Shown here: positions 8,349-17,100 of the stretch, piece after piece | Position numbering within the stretch: position 1 is the first letter of the stretch | How the letters are laid out: every line of letters starts with the position of its first letter | Assembly (NCBI GenBank): GCA_039815375.1 | Contig: JBCBZJ010000035.1 | Coordinates: 1-23,035 of the forward strand | Direction: 5' to 3' | DNA: 23,035 nt | DNA from: Verrucomicrobiota bacterium | GTDB taxonomy: Bacteria > Verrucomicrobiota > Verrucomicrobiia > Opitutales > Coraliomargaritaceae | Translations under genes and position numbers: made by a program | Notes under the pieces: model-generated | Seen by the model: only the letters and a program-made list of their open reading frames with translations | The model's database searches: none | What the model was told of the DNA's origin: nothing

Positions 8349-10385
8349 TCAGCTTTCCTCGTAAAGATCGGTTTCTTTTTCCATTTCGCGGTCTTCACGC
8401 TGGTTCTTCCACCAGATGAAATACATGCCGAGGCACCCGACCGCGAAGAGTGGGATACTCCACGTCAGCGACACAAAATTATGGATAATGATTTGCATTG
8501 GAATCAGGAAGAGGAGGACCTGATAAACGAACACGAAAGGAATAGCTGCCATATCGCGTTTGTTTTCTGAATCGATGTATTCGATTTGCTCGTCTTGTAA
8601 ATATTTGCGGACGGGACCCCAGAGGCCAAAAGGACGGGTCTTTTTGTAGAAGTGGACTAAGGTCTTCATGTCGGTCGGCTTGGTTAGCAGACAGCCAAGA
8701 ATTGTTCCGGTGAAAGCGATTGCACCGACATAGAAGAAACCTGCGTAGTAAGGTGCATCCACAAAGAGTCCTGAGAGGAAGGTCTTCTGTGAAATTGCGG
8801 CTATGGCTCCGGAGGCCATACCAAAAGCGACACCCCAGCCATTCATTCGCCACCAGTAAAGTCGCAGGAAGTTTGGCACGAAGAGCCCGGTCATCAGACT
8901 AAGCAGGACCCATTCCCAGACGTGATTGATACTATCGAAGTTCAGACCTGCGATGAAGCCTACGACAGCCGTTGCAGCGGTGGTGGCCCATGCTATCCGA
9001 ATCAGCTTTTTGTCGGATGCATCCGGGTTTATCCAACGCTGGTAGATGTCTTTCACCACAAAGGATGAGGCTGCATTCAACGTTGAGTCAAAGGTCGACA
9101 TGGTAGCGGCCAGCGCCGTAACAAGGATAATGCCGAGCATACCCACTGGTGCATAGTTGATGATGACCGCAGGAAGAATGCGCTCGGGATCGGTGACACC
9201 GGAATAGCCAACCAGTGGTAGCTTCTTCTTCCAATCTTCGCCAAGAGTGTTCTCAAGCGAAGCAATAAGCTTGGGATCCACTTGGTCCGTATGTGCGATG
9301 ATCTCTGTTGTCACGGAGTGCCATTCGCCTTTCCAGTTGCCCGGTTCGCCTGTTTCTTCGTCGATGTATTGATCGCCGTAGTAGGTGTGGATGGCCTGTG
9401 AAGCTTCCGCAATTGTGGATTTATCCTCGAACATGTCATTGACGAGAAAGAGTCCGAGCACAGCGAGTCCTATCATCATCGGCCAACGAATCGCAATCAT
9501 CCCTCCGATGAGGAGGTTGAGTTTCCCTACATCCTTGTCAGAGCGAGACGCGAAGTATTTCGGATCGGCACCACTCGAAAGGCCGAAGATGGTGCTTTGG
9601 AATAGAAAGAAGGCCATCGCCAGACCGAGGAAGCGGTATTTATCGTATTCCGAGCCGTCTGCCGTTTCGGGAAATTCGACATTCATCTTAGGCGCAGTAT
9701 CAGACCATCCGGACACACCGTTCACACTCTCTGAAAGCGCATCGAGTGTAGCAGTGCTGTCGATCATGGTAAATGCCATGACGCCGAGCACGGCCGCAGA
9801 GACGAAGATAAGCAATGACTGGATGAGGTCACTCACCACCACACCATAGAAGCCAGACATCATCGTATAGATCACAGCGATAAAGATCAGAGCCCCGGCA
9901 CAAACTTCAGGAGGAAATGGGAAAAACATGGAGAGGAATAGACCCGTTCCTCGCATCAGGTAGGCGATTAAGCCGATGACCGGCAAAATCGAGACAATCG
10001 CCGTTAGCAAGCGGGCTGCATCCGCGTCTCTGCCATTACCAAAGCGCAGCTGCATCCATTCCGCTCCTGTCAGCACGCCGGAACGCCTGTGCCATTTTCC
10101 TGTAAAGCAGAGCAGGAATATCAGGATCAAGACTGCATCTCCTCGAAATCCTATATAGAGGGCCTGTGGGCCGATCATAAAGAGGAATGAGGTGATGACC
10201 ATTGTTCCAGTCACGTCGAACCATGAGGCCATTCCAGAGCAACCGAGGAAATACCACGGGAGCTTGCGTCCACCGAGGAAGTATTCCTCTAGTCCGCCGG
10301 CAGCTTTTTTAGCTAAAAAGAGCCCCATTAGAATGAGAGCTAGCGAGTAAGCAAAGATGACAATGTAATCAACAGTTGTGATCAT
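8349..10385 (-). CDS. Sodium:solute symporter (SSS/SLC5 family), probably for a sugar
   Basis: N-terminal DYIVIFAY...EEYFLGGRKLPW, SGFYGVVVSDLIQ and ALAATMSTFDSTLNAASS..VKDIY are SSS hallmarks. About 14 hydrophobic segments. Confidence 0.93.
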   Translation of the reverse strand: MITTVDYIVIFAYSLALILMGLFLAKKAAGGLEEYFLGGRKLPWYFLGCSGMASWFDVTGTMVITSFLFMIGPQALYIGFRGDAVLILIFLLCFTGKWHRRSGVLTGAEWMQLRFGNGRDADAARLLTAIVSILPVIGLIAYLMRGTGLFLSMFFPFPPEVCAGALIFIAVIYTMMSGFYGVVVSDLIQSLLIFVSAAVLGVMAFTMIDSTATLDALSESVNGVSGWSDTAPKMNVEFPETADGSEYDKYRFLGLAMAFFLFQSTIFGLSSGADPKYFASRSDKDVGKLNLLIGGMIAIRWPMMIGLAVLGLFLVNDMFEDKSTIAEASQAIHTYYGDQYIDEETGEPGNWKGEWHSVTTEIIAHTDQVDPKLIASLENTLGEDWKKKLPLVGYSGVTDPERILPAVIINYAPVGMLGIILVTALAATMSTFDSTLNAASSFVVKDIYQRWINPDASDKKLIRIAWATTAATAVVGFIAGLNFDSINHVWEWVLLSLMTGLFVPNFLRLYWWRMNGWGVAFGMASGAIAAISQKTFLSGLFVDAPYYAGFFYVGAIAFTGTILGCLLTKPTDMKTLVHFYKKTRPFGLWGPVRKYLQDEQIEYIDSENKRDMAAIPFVFVYQVLLFLIPMQIIIHNFVSLTWSIPLFAVGCLGMYFIWWKNQREDREMEKETDLYEES

Positions 10386-10431
10386 AACAGATTATGATTT
10401 TTGTTTGAGGTAAATAAGCGGTGCGGAGTTC

Positions 10432-11694
10432 TTAGATGCAGGTCATATTCGGTGCCGTGGCCTTGGCAACCCATTCAGTCCACTGCTCCTCCACGTATCG
10501 CATTGCTGGGTTCGGATTCCAGTCTGCGTCATATACGGCAAAATGCTGAGGTTTAAAATCTCCCGGTAAAACATCGTTTGGTTTCGTGTCGGGGCTGTCA
10601 CGGTCAGGCGCTATGTCAACGAACTCCCAGCCAAATTGCGTGCCATTATTGAGTGTATTCTCCAACAAGCCCGGCATATCACTATCGAAATAGTCTGCAC
10701 CATTAATCGTCATGTGCTCAGTGACGACCCAGTCGCGTCCGGTCTCCTCCATGACCTGATGCACTCGGTCGTAGGCGCGCTGATTCGGCTGTCGATCTAT
10801 ATTACACCATGCCCAGTTCACTTGGACGATGTTGATCTCGGTCATGTTTCGAAGTAGTTCAACCGCGTCGCCACAACGCTGCAGCATGGTGTTTTCCTCC
10901 GCATCAAGGTAGTCGGAAGCAACCCAGAGAGGCGCGTCTAATGCACCGGCCCGCAGAGCTTGTGCATCACCGTTGATCCATCCCGCAAGAGCTTGTGCGC
11001 GGAAACGATTCCACGAGCTTGCTTGCAGGAAAGACTCAGGTGCGGGAAACTCTGCAGGAAACGGAGCCGCATCGGAGATGCCATTGACTTCGATCCAGTT
11101 TGCATAGTTGCCTTGGGCACTTTCGCTGAAATCCAGCCATTGCGCGCCCATGAACTGAGGTTCAACCGTCGTTTCGAAATAGAGAAAATTTTCGGCGCCA
11201 AGTTGCTCGACCAGATTGGTCATGAATCGACGGGAAGCCTTCAAATAGCCCTCAGAGAAAAGGGATGGTACTTTACTTCCATAGCCGTATTCTGTGTCAG
11301 AAACTACTTCGCCGAGATGATTCATCGCGAGAGCGTCAGGGTTTTTCTCCCAGAATCCGTTGGGGATCTGTCCTCCGCCAACCCCGTAGGTTTCAACAGA
11401 AAGGCTCGCATACATTCCGTTCTTTCGAATTGCTGCGATCAGTTTCCTGATTGGTTCCAACGAAGTATCGATGCTTCCGTCGCCCGTGAAATCGAAATGA
11501 TGCCAGTAGCAATTCAGTGCCAGATTAGTATAACCCTTAGCTGCAATTAAGGGAAGGTCGTCGATTAATTTCTCGACTTCCGAGGCAATGGCGAAATTGC
11601 GAAGTGGTTTTCCGGTCTTTTGGAACATATGTTCCCCGTCTACCCATAACTTCCCGCTCCTTAATTCGTGACCTTCAAAGTAAGCATGTTTCAT
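10432..11694 (-). CDS. Cytoplasmic putative glycoside hydrolase, clan GH-A-like (distant GH42/GH35-like TIM barrel)
   Basis: The patterns DDLPLIAAKGYTNLALNCYWHHFD..GDG, IRKLIAAIRKNGMYASL, QIPNGFWEKNPDAL and WNRFRAQALA parallel the GH42 N-terminal barrel. Candidate catalytic Glu residues lie in TTVEPQ and VVTEH. The ATG at 11694 (MKHAY) is preferred over the GTG at 11706. No signal peptide. The CDS is secure; the family is inferred. Confidence 0.65.
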   Translation of the reverse strand: MKHAYFEGHELRSGKLWVDGEHMFQKTGKPLRNFAIASEVEKLIDDLPLIAAKGYTNLALNCYWHHFDFTGDGSIDTSLEPIRKLIAAIRKNGMYASLSVETYGVGGGQIPNGFWEKNPDALAMNHLGEVVSDTEYGYGSKVPSLFSEGYLKASRRFMTNLVEQLGAENFLYFETTVEPQFMGAQWLDFSESAQGNYANWIEVNGISDAAPFPAEFPAPESFLQASSWNRFRAQALAGWINGDAQALRAGALDAPLWVASDYLDAEENTMLQRCGDAVELLRNMTEINIVQVNWAWCNIDRQPNQRAYDRVHQVMEETGRDWVVTEHMTINGADYFDSDMPGLLENTLNNGTQFGWEFVDIAPDRDSPDTKPNDVLPGDFKPQHFAVYDADWNPNPAMRYVEEQWTEWVAKATAPNMTCI

Positions 11695-12035
11695 ATAGCA
11701 GCGCACATGGGATAATCGTATAACCTAGAGAGCAAGCGTATTGTTTCTTGGTTCGATCATCTTGCTGCTTGGTAAAAGGTCTTTTTGATTCAAATGTGCC
11801 GATTGATCTATTGAATTTTTGAATCTGAACTATGCAGACGGGCTTTTCGGCTCTTCTCTTCTTTTTTGTAGGGTAAGTCTTTTTTATCAAACACATTTCT
11901 AATGCGTCGCCTTAAAACGTGCCTACCAGAATGGTGTTCGCCAATTCCTTTGGCGTCCAAGGCACAGGGCTTATCCTATCGCATGATTCAGCATTTCTTG
12001 GTTGATACGATACCCGCCACGAACGCTGGTTTGTG

Positions 12036-12806
12036 TTATTCAAATCGGATATGACCAAAGTTCAGGTAGTCGTGGTAATTGTCATCGACGGGTGCCCATT
12101 CCCAGGATGCGCGTTCGCCGCTGTCATGGTCGTTGCGATACAGGTTAATGCGCCAGCTGTCGCCCGCTTGCGGAAATGAAATTACCAAGGGCTTGAGAAG
12201 AGCATAAGGGATAAAGATCTCGGCTATCCAGCCTTCCACTTTGGCGTAGGATGCCAGCTCTCCGCCAATAGCGCTCGTTTCATGACGGGTCTTTCGATCG
12301 CCGTTGTATTCCCACGGAAGCCAGCCTTTGTGCTTTCCCTTAATATTAGGAACGAGGATCGTGAGTTCAACGTTCAGCGGGGAGAGCTCATACTCGAAAT
12401 AAATCGGAACATCAGGATCTGGCCAAATGAACAGCTCAAAGACATCTTCTTTCCACAGGTGAGAGTTATCTTCGGTCATGCTTGCTGTTAGTCGGCTGTC
12501 CTCGGCGCGGAAAAGGACATAGAGCCCTTTTTTCGAGTAAAGCAGCTTCGCTTCCGATTTGTAGGGTGAGCCGAGCATCTTCCTTTGGGGAATTTCAAAC
12601 CATTCAGCCGCCGCCCAGGCATTGGAAGAGCCATCGCCGCTCAGTTCAAAGTCTTTTGTTTTAGCAACAACGACTTCAGCCTGAACGGGCTTTTTCTTCC
12701 TTGTTGGCTGGGTTGTTGTTGCACATCCGAATGAGTAGGCTGCCAAAGCGCACAACAGTATGACACCTTTTAGCTGAACGATTGAACTGTGGAAAGCCCG
12801 CTTCAC
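12036..12806 (-). CDS. Carbohydrate-binding family 9-like (CBM9/DOMON-like) lipoprotein
   Basis: Lipoprotein-type signal ending in AYSFG-C. CBM9-like motifs LSGDGS...W, AKLLYSKKGLYVLF, LWKEDVFELFI, YFEYELSPLN, WIAEIFIPY, GDSWRINLYR, FGHIRFE. Confidence 0.85.
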   Translation of the reverse strand: MKRAFHSSIVQLKGVILLCALAAYSFGCATTTQPTRKKKPVQAEVVVAKTKDFELSGDGSSNAWAAAEWFEIPQRKMLGSPYKSEAKLLYSKKGLYVLFRAEDSRLTASMTEDNSHLWKEDVFELFIWPDPDVPIYFEYELSPLNVELTILVPNIKGKHKGWLPWEYNGDRKTRHETSAIGGELASYAKVEGWIAEIFIPYALLKPLVISFPQAGDSWRINLYRNDHDSGERASWEWAPVDDNYHDYLNFGHIRFE

Positions 12807-12830
12807 CCTATTGCTTTAAGTATCGAGAAC

Positions 12831-14972
12831 TCAGCTACGAATCGGCAATTCAGTGATCCGTTTTCCTGTCGCATGGAAGAGTGCGTTCGTTACCGCGGCA
12901 GCTGCGGGAGGGTAGGAGACTTCTCCCAAGCCCTGCGGCGCGTCATTAGAGTCAAGAATTGTGATCTCAACATCAGGCGCATCTGCCATCCGAAGCATTT
13001 TGTAATCATGGAAATTACTCTGTTCGATGCTTCCATTCTTGAGTGTCACTTTCTGATAAAGCGTAGCTGCAAGGCAGTCGATGATGCCGCCTTCGATTTG
13101 GGCCTTTGCGCCAAGTGGATTAATCACCCGACCGCAGTGAACAGCGGCATATACTTTTTCAACCGGGCGCTTACCACCGCGTTTGGGCACAAGCGCAACG
13201 ATCGCACAGTGGCTTCCATATCCCGAGAAGGTTGATAATCCGTAACCGAAATCGGAATCCTCTTTCCAGCCGGAATCCTCTTTGATTGTCTTCAAAAGCT
13301 CGCAGATTATGGGTTCATCTTGTGGGCTACGTTTCCAGCCGAGCCTGCCGACTGCATCGCCGTCGCCGTGAAGGGCGAGATGATAGTCGATCGCGTCAAT
13401 GCCGGACTTTTCTGCCATGATATCGAAGAGGCTTTGTTCGACGAAGGAAGTAATATTATGACCGGGTGCGCGTAATGCACCGCCCTGGACCCCTGCACGC
13501 ACAGGTTTGTGCTTGCGTATCTGATCGCTGAAGTAGCGCATCACTTTACTCGGCTGCTTTTGCTTCTTTTTGTTCAGCGCTTTGACCGAGCGTTCCTCAA
13601 TCGCACCCGGATAGCCATTTGAGGCCAGCCCGACCTGATAGCGATAGTAGTCTGGGATCCGATAGCGGTCGTGACGTAGGTCATCCTCACGGGTAAAGAT
13701 CATTTTGACGGGATAGTCTACCTGCTTAGCAATCTGTATGGATTCTTCGACGTAGTCGTTAGCAAGCTTGCGACCAAAGCCCCCGCCAATCCGCATCTGG
13801 TGATAGATAATCTTATCATGAGGTAGCCCGGTCATTGATGGCAAATCCTGGCCCCGTTTTGCATTTTTGTCTTTGTAGAGATTGTTCAGTGTCTGGCTGC
13901 TACCCCAGATCTCAAATTTGCCGTCTTTGTTCCACGCCGTGCCGTTGGGTGGTTCGAGTGTTGCATGTGCGATCATTGGCACAAAAAACTCCTGATCGAT
14001 GCGGATCGGTGAACTGGAGAAGGCTGCCTCGAAATCGCCTTTCTGCATAACTGTTGGCGCATTACTAAGGACAGCTTTACGTGATTCCTCGAGCTGTGTC
14101 TCGCTGTTGACATCGGCGTTCTTACCGAGGTCCCAGTTGATTTTGACGACACGTGAGGCTTTGATTGCGACCCATGTGTTATTGGCGATCACGGCGACTT
14201 TATCGCCTATCTGAACGACGTCTTTCACGCCTTTCATTTTCTTGGCAGCTGAGTCGTCATACGAAGTCAAGGTGCCTTCGCTGACAGGGCAGCGAAGCAC
14301 GACAGCGAAGGCAGCGTTCTCTGGCATCGCGTCGATGCCGAACTTGGTCTTTCCTGTGACGATGTCTTTGGTATCCAAACAGCGTTGTGCCTTCCCGATG
14401 TATTTAAATTCGGAGGCAGGCTTGAGCTGCGGTGCGGTGGGAACTGGCTGCTTGCTGGCTGCATTCGCAATAGTTTCGAAGGCGATTTTTTTGCCGCCTG
14501 GACCATGGACGAAGCTGTCTTCGGCTCGACACTGATCGACTGGAACACCCCATTCTGTGGCGGCTGCGGCGATGAGCATGTCACGAGCTGTTGCTGCGGC
14601 TTCGCGGAGGCCATCGAAGCAGTTTCTTACGCTGCCACTGCCAGCAGTGACCTGACGGATCATATCGTTGCGTGGTTCGGCCTGATGGAGATTTACTTTT
14701 TTGATGTCGGCACCGAGTTCATCGCCCAGAATCATGGCAAAGGAAGTGCGGATGTTCTGGCCGATTTCGGGGACAGAAATGGCGAGGGTGACGCCGTTGG
14801 TTTGGCCGATTGCAATGTATGCATTAGGAGCGAATGCATTGGCAGCGGCTACAGCCATTGGAGCCGCATTCATGGGAGTTTGAAAGGCGCGAAAGCCGAT
14901 GATCAGGCCAGTAGTGGAGAGACCTGTTGCTCTCAGGAAGTCTCTTCGGGAACAGTTTGAAATTTTCATCAT
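12831..14972 (-). CDS. iorB: Xanthine-oxidase-family molybdopterin-binding subunit, IorB / aldehyde-oxidoreductase type, Tat-exported
   Basis: Twin-arginine signal SRRDFLR, PEIGQ, HATLEP, GGGFGRK, GALRAPG, QIEGG, QSNFHDY and GLGE..PP (catalytic Glu position). The start was set at ATG 14972, which overlaps the upstream TGA (ATGA). The symbol denotes the family, not isoquinoline as substrate. Confidence 0.92.
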   Translation of the reverse strand: MMKISNCSRRDFLRATGLSTTGLIIGFRAFQTPMNAAPMAVAAANAFAPNAYIAIGQTNGVTLAISVPEIGQNIRTSFAMILGDELGADIKKVNLHQAEPRNDMIRQVTAGSGSVRNCFDGLREAAATARDMLIAAAATEWGVPVDQCRAEDSFVHGPGGKKIAFETIANAASKQPVPTAPQLKPASEFKYIGKAQRCLDTKDIVTGKTKFGIDAMPENAAFAVVLRCPVSEGTLTSYDDSAAKKMKGVKDVVQIGDKVAVIANNTWVAIKASRVVKINWDLGKNADVNSETQLEESRKAVLSNAPTVMQKGDFEAAFSSSPIRIDQEFFVPMIAHATLEPPNGTAWNKDGKFEIWGSSQTLNNLYKDKNAKRGQDLPSMTGLPHDKIIYHQMRIGGGFGRKLANDYVEESIQIAKQVDYPVKMIFTREDDLRHDRYRIPDYYRYQVGLASNGYPGAIEERSVKALNKKKQKQPSKVMRYFSDQIRKHKPVRAGVQGGALRAPGHNITSFVEQSLFDIMAEKSGIDAIDYHLALHGDGDAVGRLGWKRSPQDEPIICELLKTIKEDSGWKEDSDFGYGLSTFSGYGSHCAIVALVPKRGGKRPVEKVYAAVHCGRVINPLGAKAQIEGGIIDCLAATLYQKVTLKNGSIEQSNFHDYKMLRMADAPDVEITILDSNDAPQGLGEVSYPPAAAAVTNALFHATGKRITELPIRS

Positions 14973-15430
14973 GCAAGTTTGCGGGCGGCGCTTTGTATGG
15001 CCTTGCGAATGCGCGGGTAAGTTCCGCAGCGGCAAATATTACCGGCCATGAATTGATCGATTTCAGAGATATTCGGGGTGGGGTTTTGATTAAGCAGTGC
15101 CACTGCAGACATGACCTGACCCGACTGGCAATAGCCGCATTGCGGAACATCTTCTTCGATCCACGCTTGTTGAACTGGGTGTGATCCATCTTCGGATAGA
15201 CCTTCAATGGTTGTTACGTCTGCATTTGTAGCCGCGGATAAAGGTAATACGCAGGACCGAATCGGATTTCCATTGAGGTGAACGGTGCATGCTCCACATT
15301 GGGCCATGCCACAACCAAATTTGGTTCCAGTTAACCCCAGCTCATCCCGGAGTGCCCAAAGTAGTGGCATGGCTGGGTCAACGCCACTGAATGAGGTATC
15401 TTTGCCATTTATTTTGATGGTAATATCCAT
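14969..15430 (-). CDS. iorA: 2x[2Fe-2S] small subunit (IorA/CoxS/XdhA-type)
   Basis: [16 protein letters not shown]...RSC and QCGYCQSG...NICRCGTY Cys motifs. The true start is MDITIKING at ATG 15430; the ORF-track extension overlaps mocA. Confidence 0.95.
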   Translation of the reverse strand: MDITIKINGKDTSFSGVDPAMPLLWALRDELGLTGTKFGCGMAQCGACTVHLNGNPIRSCVLPLSAATNADVTTIEGLSEDGSHPVQQAWIEEDVPQCGYCQSGQVMSAVALLNQNPTPNISEIDQFMAGNICRCGTYPRIRKAIQSAARKLA

Positions 15431-15441
15431 GTTTTGATGGG

Positions 15442-16059
15442 TTATTTTGAATGCAGTAGAGAATGGTAGTCCTCGGGTGTGTCGATGTCGGTTGCACCCT
15501 TTGGGAAGGGGATCAGGGTGGTTTCTGCTTTTGGGTCGGTAAGAAGTGCCTTTGCACCGCGGTCGCCACGGATGTTTATGAGAGAACAATAATAGGACCT
15601 TGGAAAAAGGGCAGGTGTTCCAATGCTATCACCGTATGTCGAGGCGACCGGCGACGAAGGTTTTGTATGAAACAACTCAATCATTCGCTCGAGGAGCTCT
15701 TCGTTAATAAAGGGCTGGTCGCAAACTGATATTACTAGAGCTTCCAAATCGGGGGCCTTTTCCAGAAGAAATCTTACGCCAAGAGACAGACTGCTGCCCA
15801 TTCCCTCGTTCCAATTCTGGTTGTAGATCGTAGTGATCCTGCCTGAATCGCTGGCGGTCTCGACCATGGGCGAAATACGATCATGTGCAAATCCGGTTAC
15901 CACAACGATGGGTCCGATCATCGCATTATTGACAACTTCAATCGTTCTGGAAAGTAGGGTTTTGGATTCAAATTCGACCAGTTGCTTGGGCTCACCCAGC
16001 CGCCTTGAAGCACCGGCAGCCAAAACAACTGCTCCGATTTTTGGCTGCTTCGCTAACAT
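15442..16059 (-). CDS. mocA: Molybdenum cofactor cytidylyltransferase (MocA/YgfJ-like NTP transferase)
   Basis: [43 protein letters not shown]. It sits between xdhC and the Fe-S subunit. Confidence 0.88.
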   Translation of the reverse strand: MLAKQPKIGAVVLAAGASRRLGEPKQLVEFESKTLLSRTIEVVNNAMIGPIVVVTGFAHDRISPMVETASDSGRITTIYNQNWNEGMGSSLSLGVRFLLEKAPDLEALVISVCDQPFINEELLERMIELFHTKPSSPVASTYGDSIGTPALFPRSYYCSLINIRGDRGAKALLTDPKAETTLIPFPKGATDIDTPEDYHSLLHSK

Positions 16060-17006
16060 GATGTCACCGATTCAGATTGCACTTCCGGCATCTGCCTCAA
16101 AAGGGAACCCGCCTCACGCTTGTGCAAAGTTGCTTGAATTTCTGAAACAACGGAAAGGGCGATGGCTTGAGCACCCTCGCCGCCGAGGTTGAGGCCCGCA
16201 GGGCAGTGAATCGAATGCAGCTTTTCGATCAGTTCGAAATCTCCCCGGTCCGCAATACGCCTTGTAAGTTCTTGTCGTCTTTTCTTTGATCCAATAACGC
16301 CGATATATCCGTAGTTCAGGCGGAGTACACGTTCAAGGTAGCTAACGTCGCGCGCTAGATTGTGCGTTGCAAGAACCACTGCGGTTTCCTGGTCGATCTT
16401 CTGCCCAGCGAAGATTTCTTTTAAGGATGAGGAGGGGGTCGAAGCATCATAGAGGCTCGTTTCCCAACCGACTTTGTTTCCGAGCTCGGCAATGGATTTT
16501 CCGTCCGGCCAATCTCCTAAAACAATAAGCTGAAAAGGAGGCTTGAGCGTCTCAACAAGGTTTCTTTCCCGGAGCGGTTGATCCTGACTTAATCTGCTAG
16601 TTAAAGTAGGTGGTCCAAGCTCGTGGTAGTCCGTTATTATCTGGATATCGCGTCGCTTTTCACGGGCATCCCTGACCTCATGCAAAAGAGCTCGAAAAGC
16701 AGCCTTATCCTGAATGACTTCTATGAGTAGGGTGATCTCTCCGAAGCATCCATAGTAGGGCCGTGTATCAAAGGAAAAGAGATTGTGTTGCCTGCGCTTT
16801 AGGCAGCTTATGGCTTGAGAAGCGACTTCTGTTTCTAGGCATCCGGCACTGATTTCTCCCCAGAACTGCCCGTTTTCGCAGACAAGGAGACGAGCCCCCG
16901 GTTGAAGATAGCTTGACCCTTTTTTTGTAACTAAGGTAACCAAAGCATAATCCTTGGAAGGATGTGCTTCGTAGGCATCAACGATCTGCGCCCAGGTGCT
17001 ATGCAT
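16053..17006 (-). CDS. xdhC: XdhC/CoxI-family molybdoenzyme maturation factor
   Basis: LVTLV..KGSSY..PGA, GEISAGCLE, THN, YIGVIGSKKR, PAGLNLGGEG...IALSVVSEI. It overlaps mocA by 7 nt. Confidence 0.92.
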   Translation of the reverse strand: MHSTWAQIVDAYEAHPSKDYALVTLVTKKGSSYLQPGARLLVCENGQFWGEISAGCLETEVASQAISCLKRRQHNLFSFDTRPYYGCFGEITLLIEVIQDKAAFRALLHEVRDAREKRRDIQIITDYHELGPPTLTSRLSQDQPLRERNLVETLKPPFQLIVLGDWPDGKSIAELGNKVGWETSLYDASTPSSSLKEIFAGQKIDQETAVVLATHNLARDVSYLERVLRLNYGYIGVIGSKKRRQELTRRIADRGDFELIEKLHSIHCPAGLNLGGEGAQAIALSVVSEIQATLHKREAGSLLRQMPEVQSESVTSC

Positions 17007-17045
17007 GATTAAGAAATCGGGGATATTAGGGTTATAATCAAATCG

Positions 17046-17057
17046 ATAAACGTTTAT
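17046..17057. promoter_or_regulatory. Candidate LacI-family operator
   Basis: Perfect 12-bp palindrome ATAAACGTTTAT containing the AAnCGnTT core typical of LacI/GalR/PurR/CcpA sites. It lies ~40 nt upstream of the xdhC ATG and next to a LacI gene. Confidence 0.6.
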
Positions 17058-17100
17058 GCATTTAGCAAGCTGATTAAGGGGAATAGAGTGTTTTTCGAGT

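Noticed and set aside
11675..11896. 73-aa Lys/Arg-rich ORF upstream of the GH-like gene
   Set aside because: It reads through an AT-rich probable promoter region, overlaps the GH start, and has no coding evidence.
14973..15589. ORF-track extensions of the Mo subunit (to 15035) and the Fe-S subunit (to 15589)
   Set aside because: They overlap upstream genes. Family-typical starts are at 14972 and 15430.
12831..17006. Calling the Mo cassette a xanthine dehydrogenase or CO dehydrogenase
   Set aside because: There is no FAD subunit and no CoxL active-site loop. The Tat signal and domain order are IorB-type, and no purine catabolism genes are nearby.
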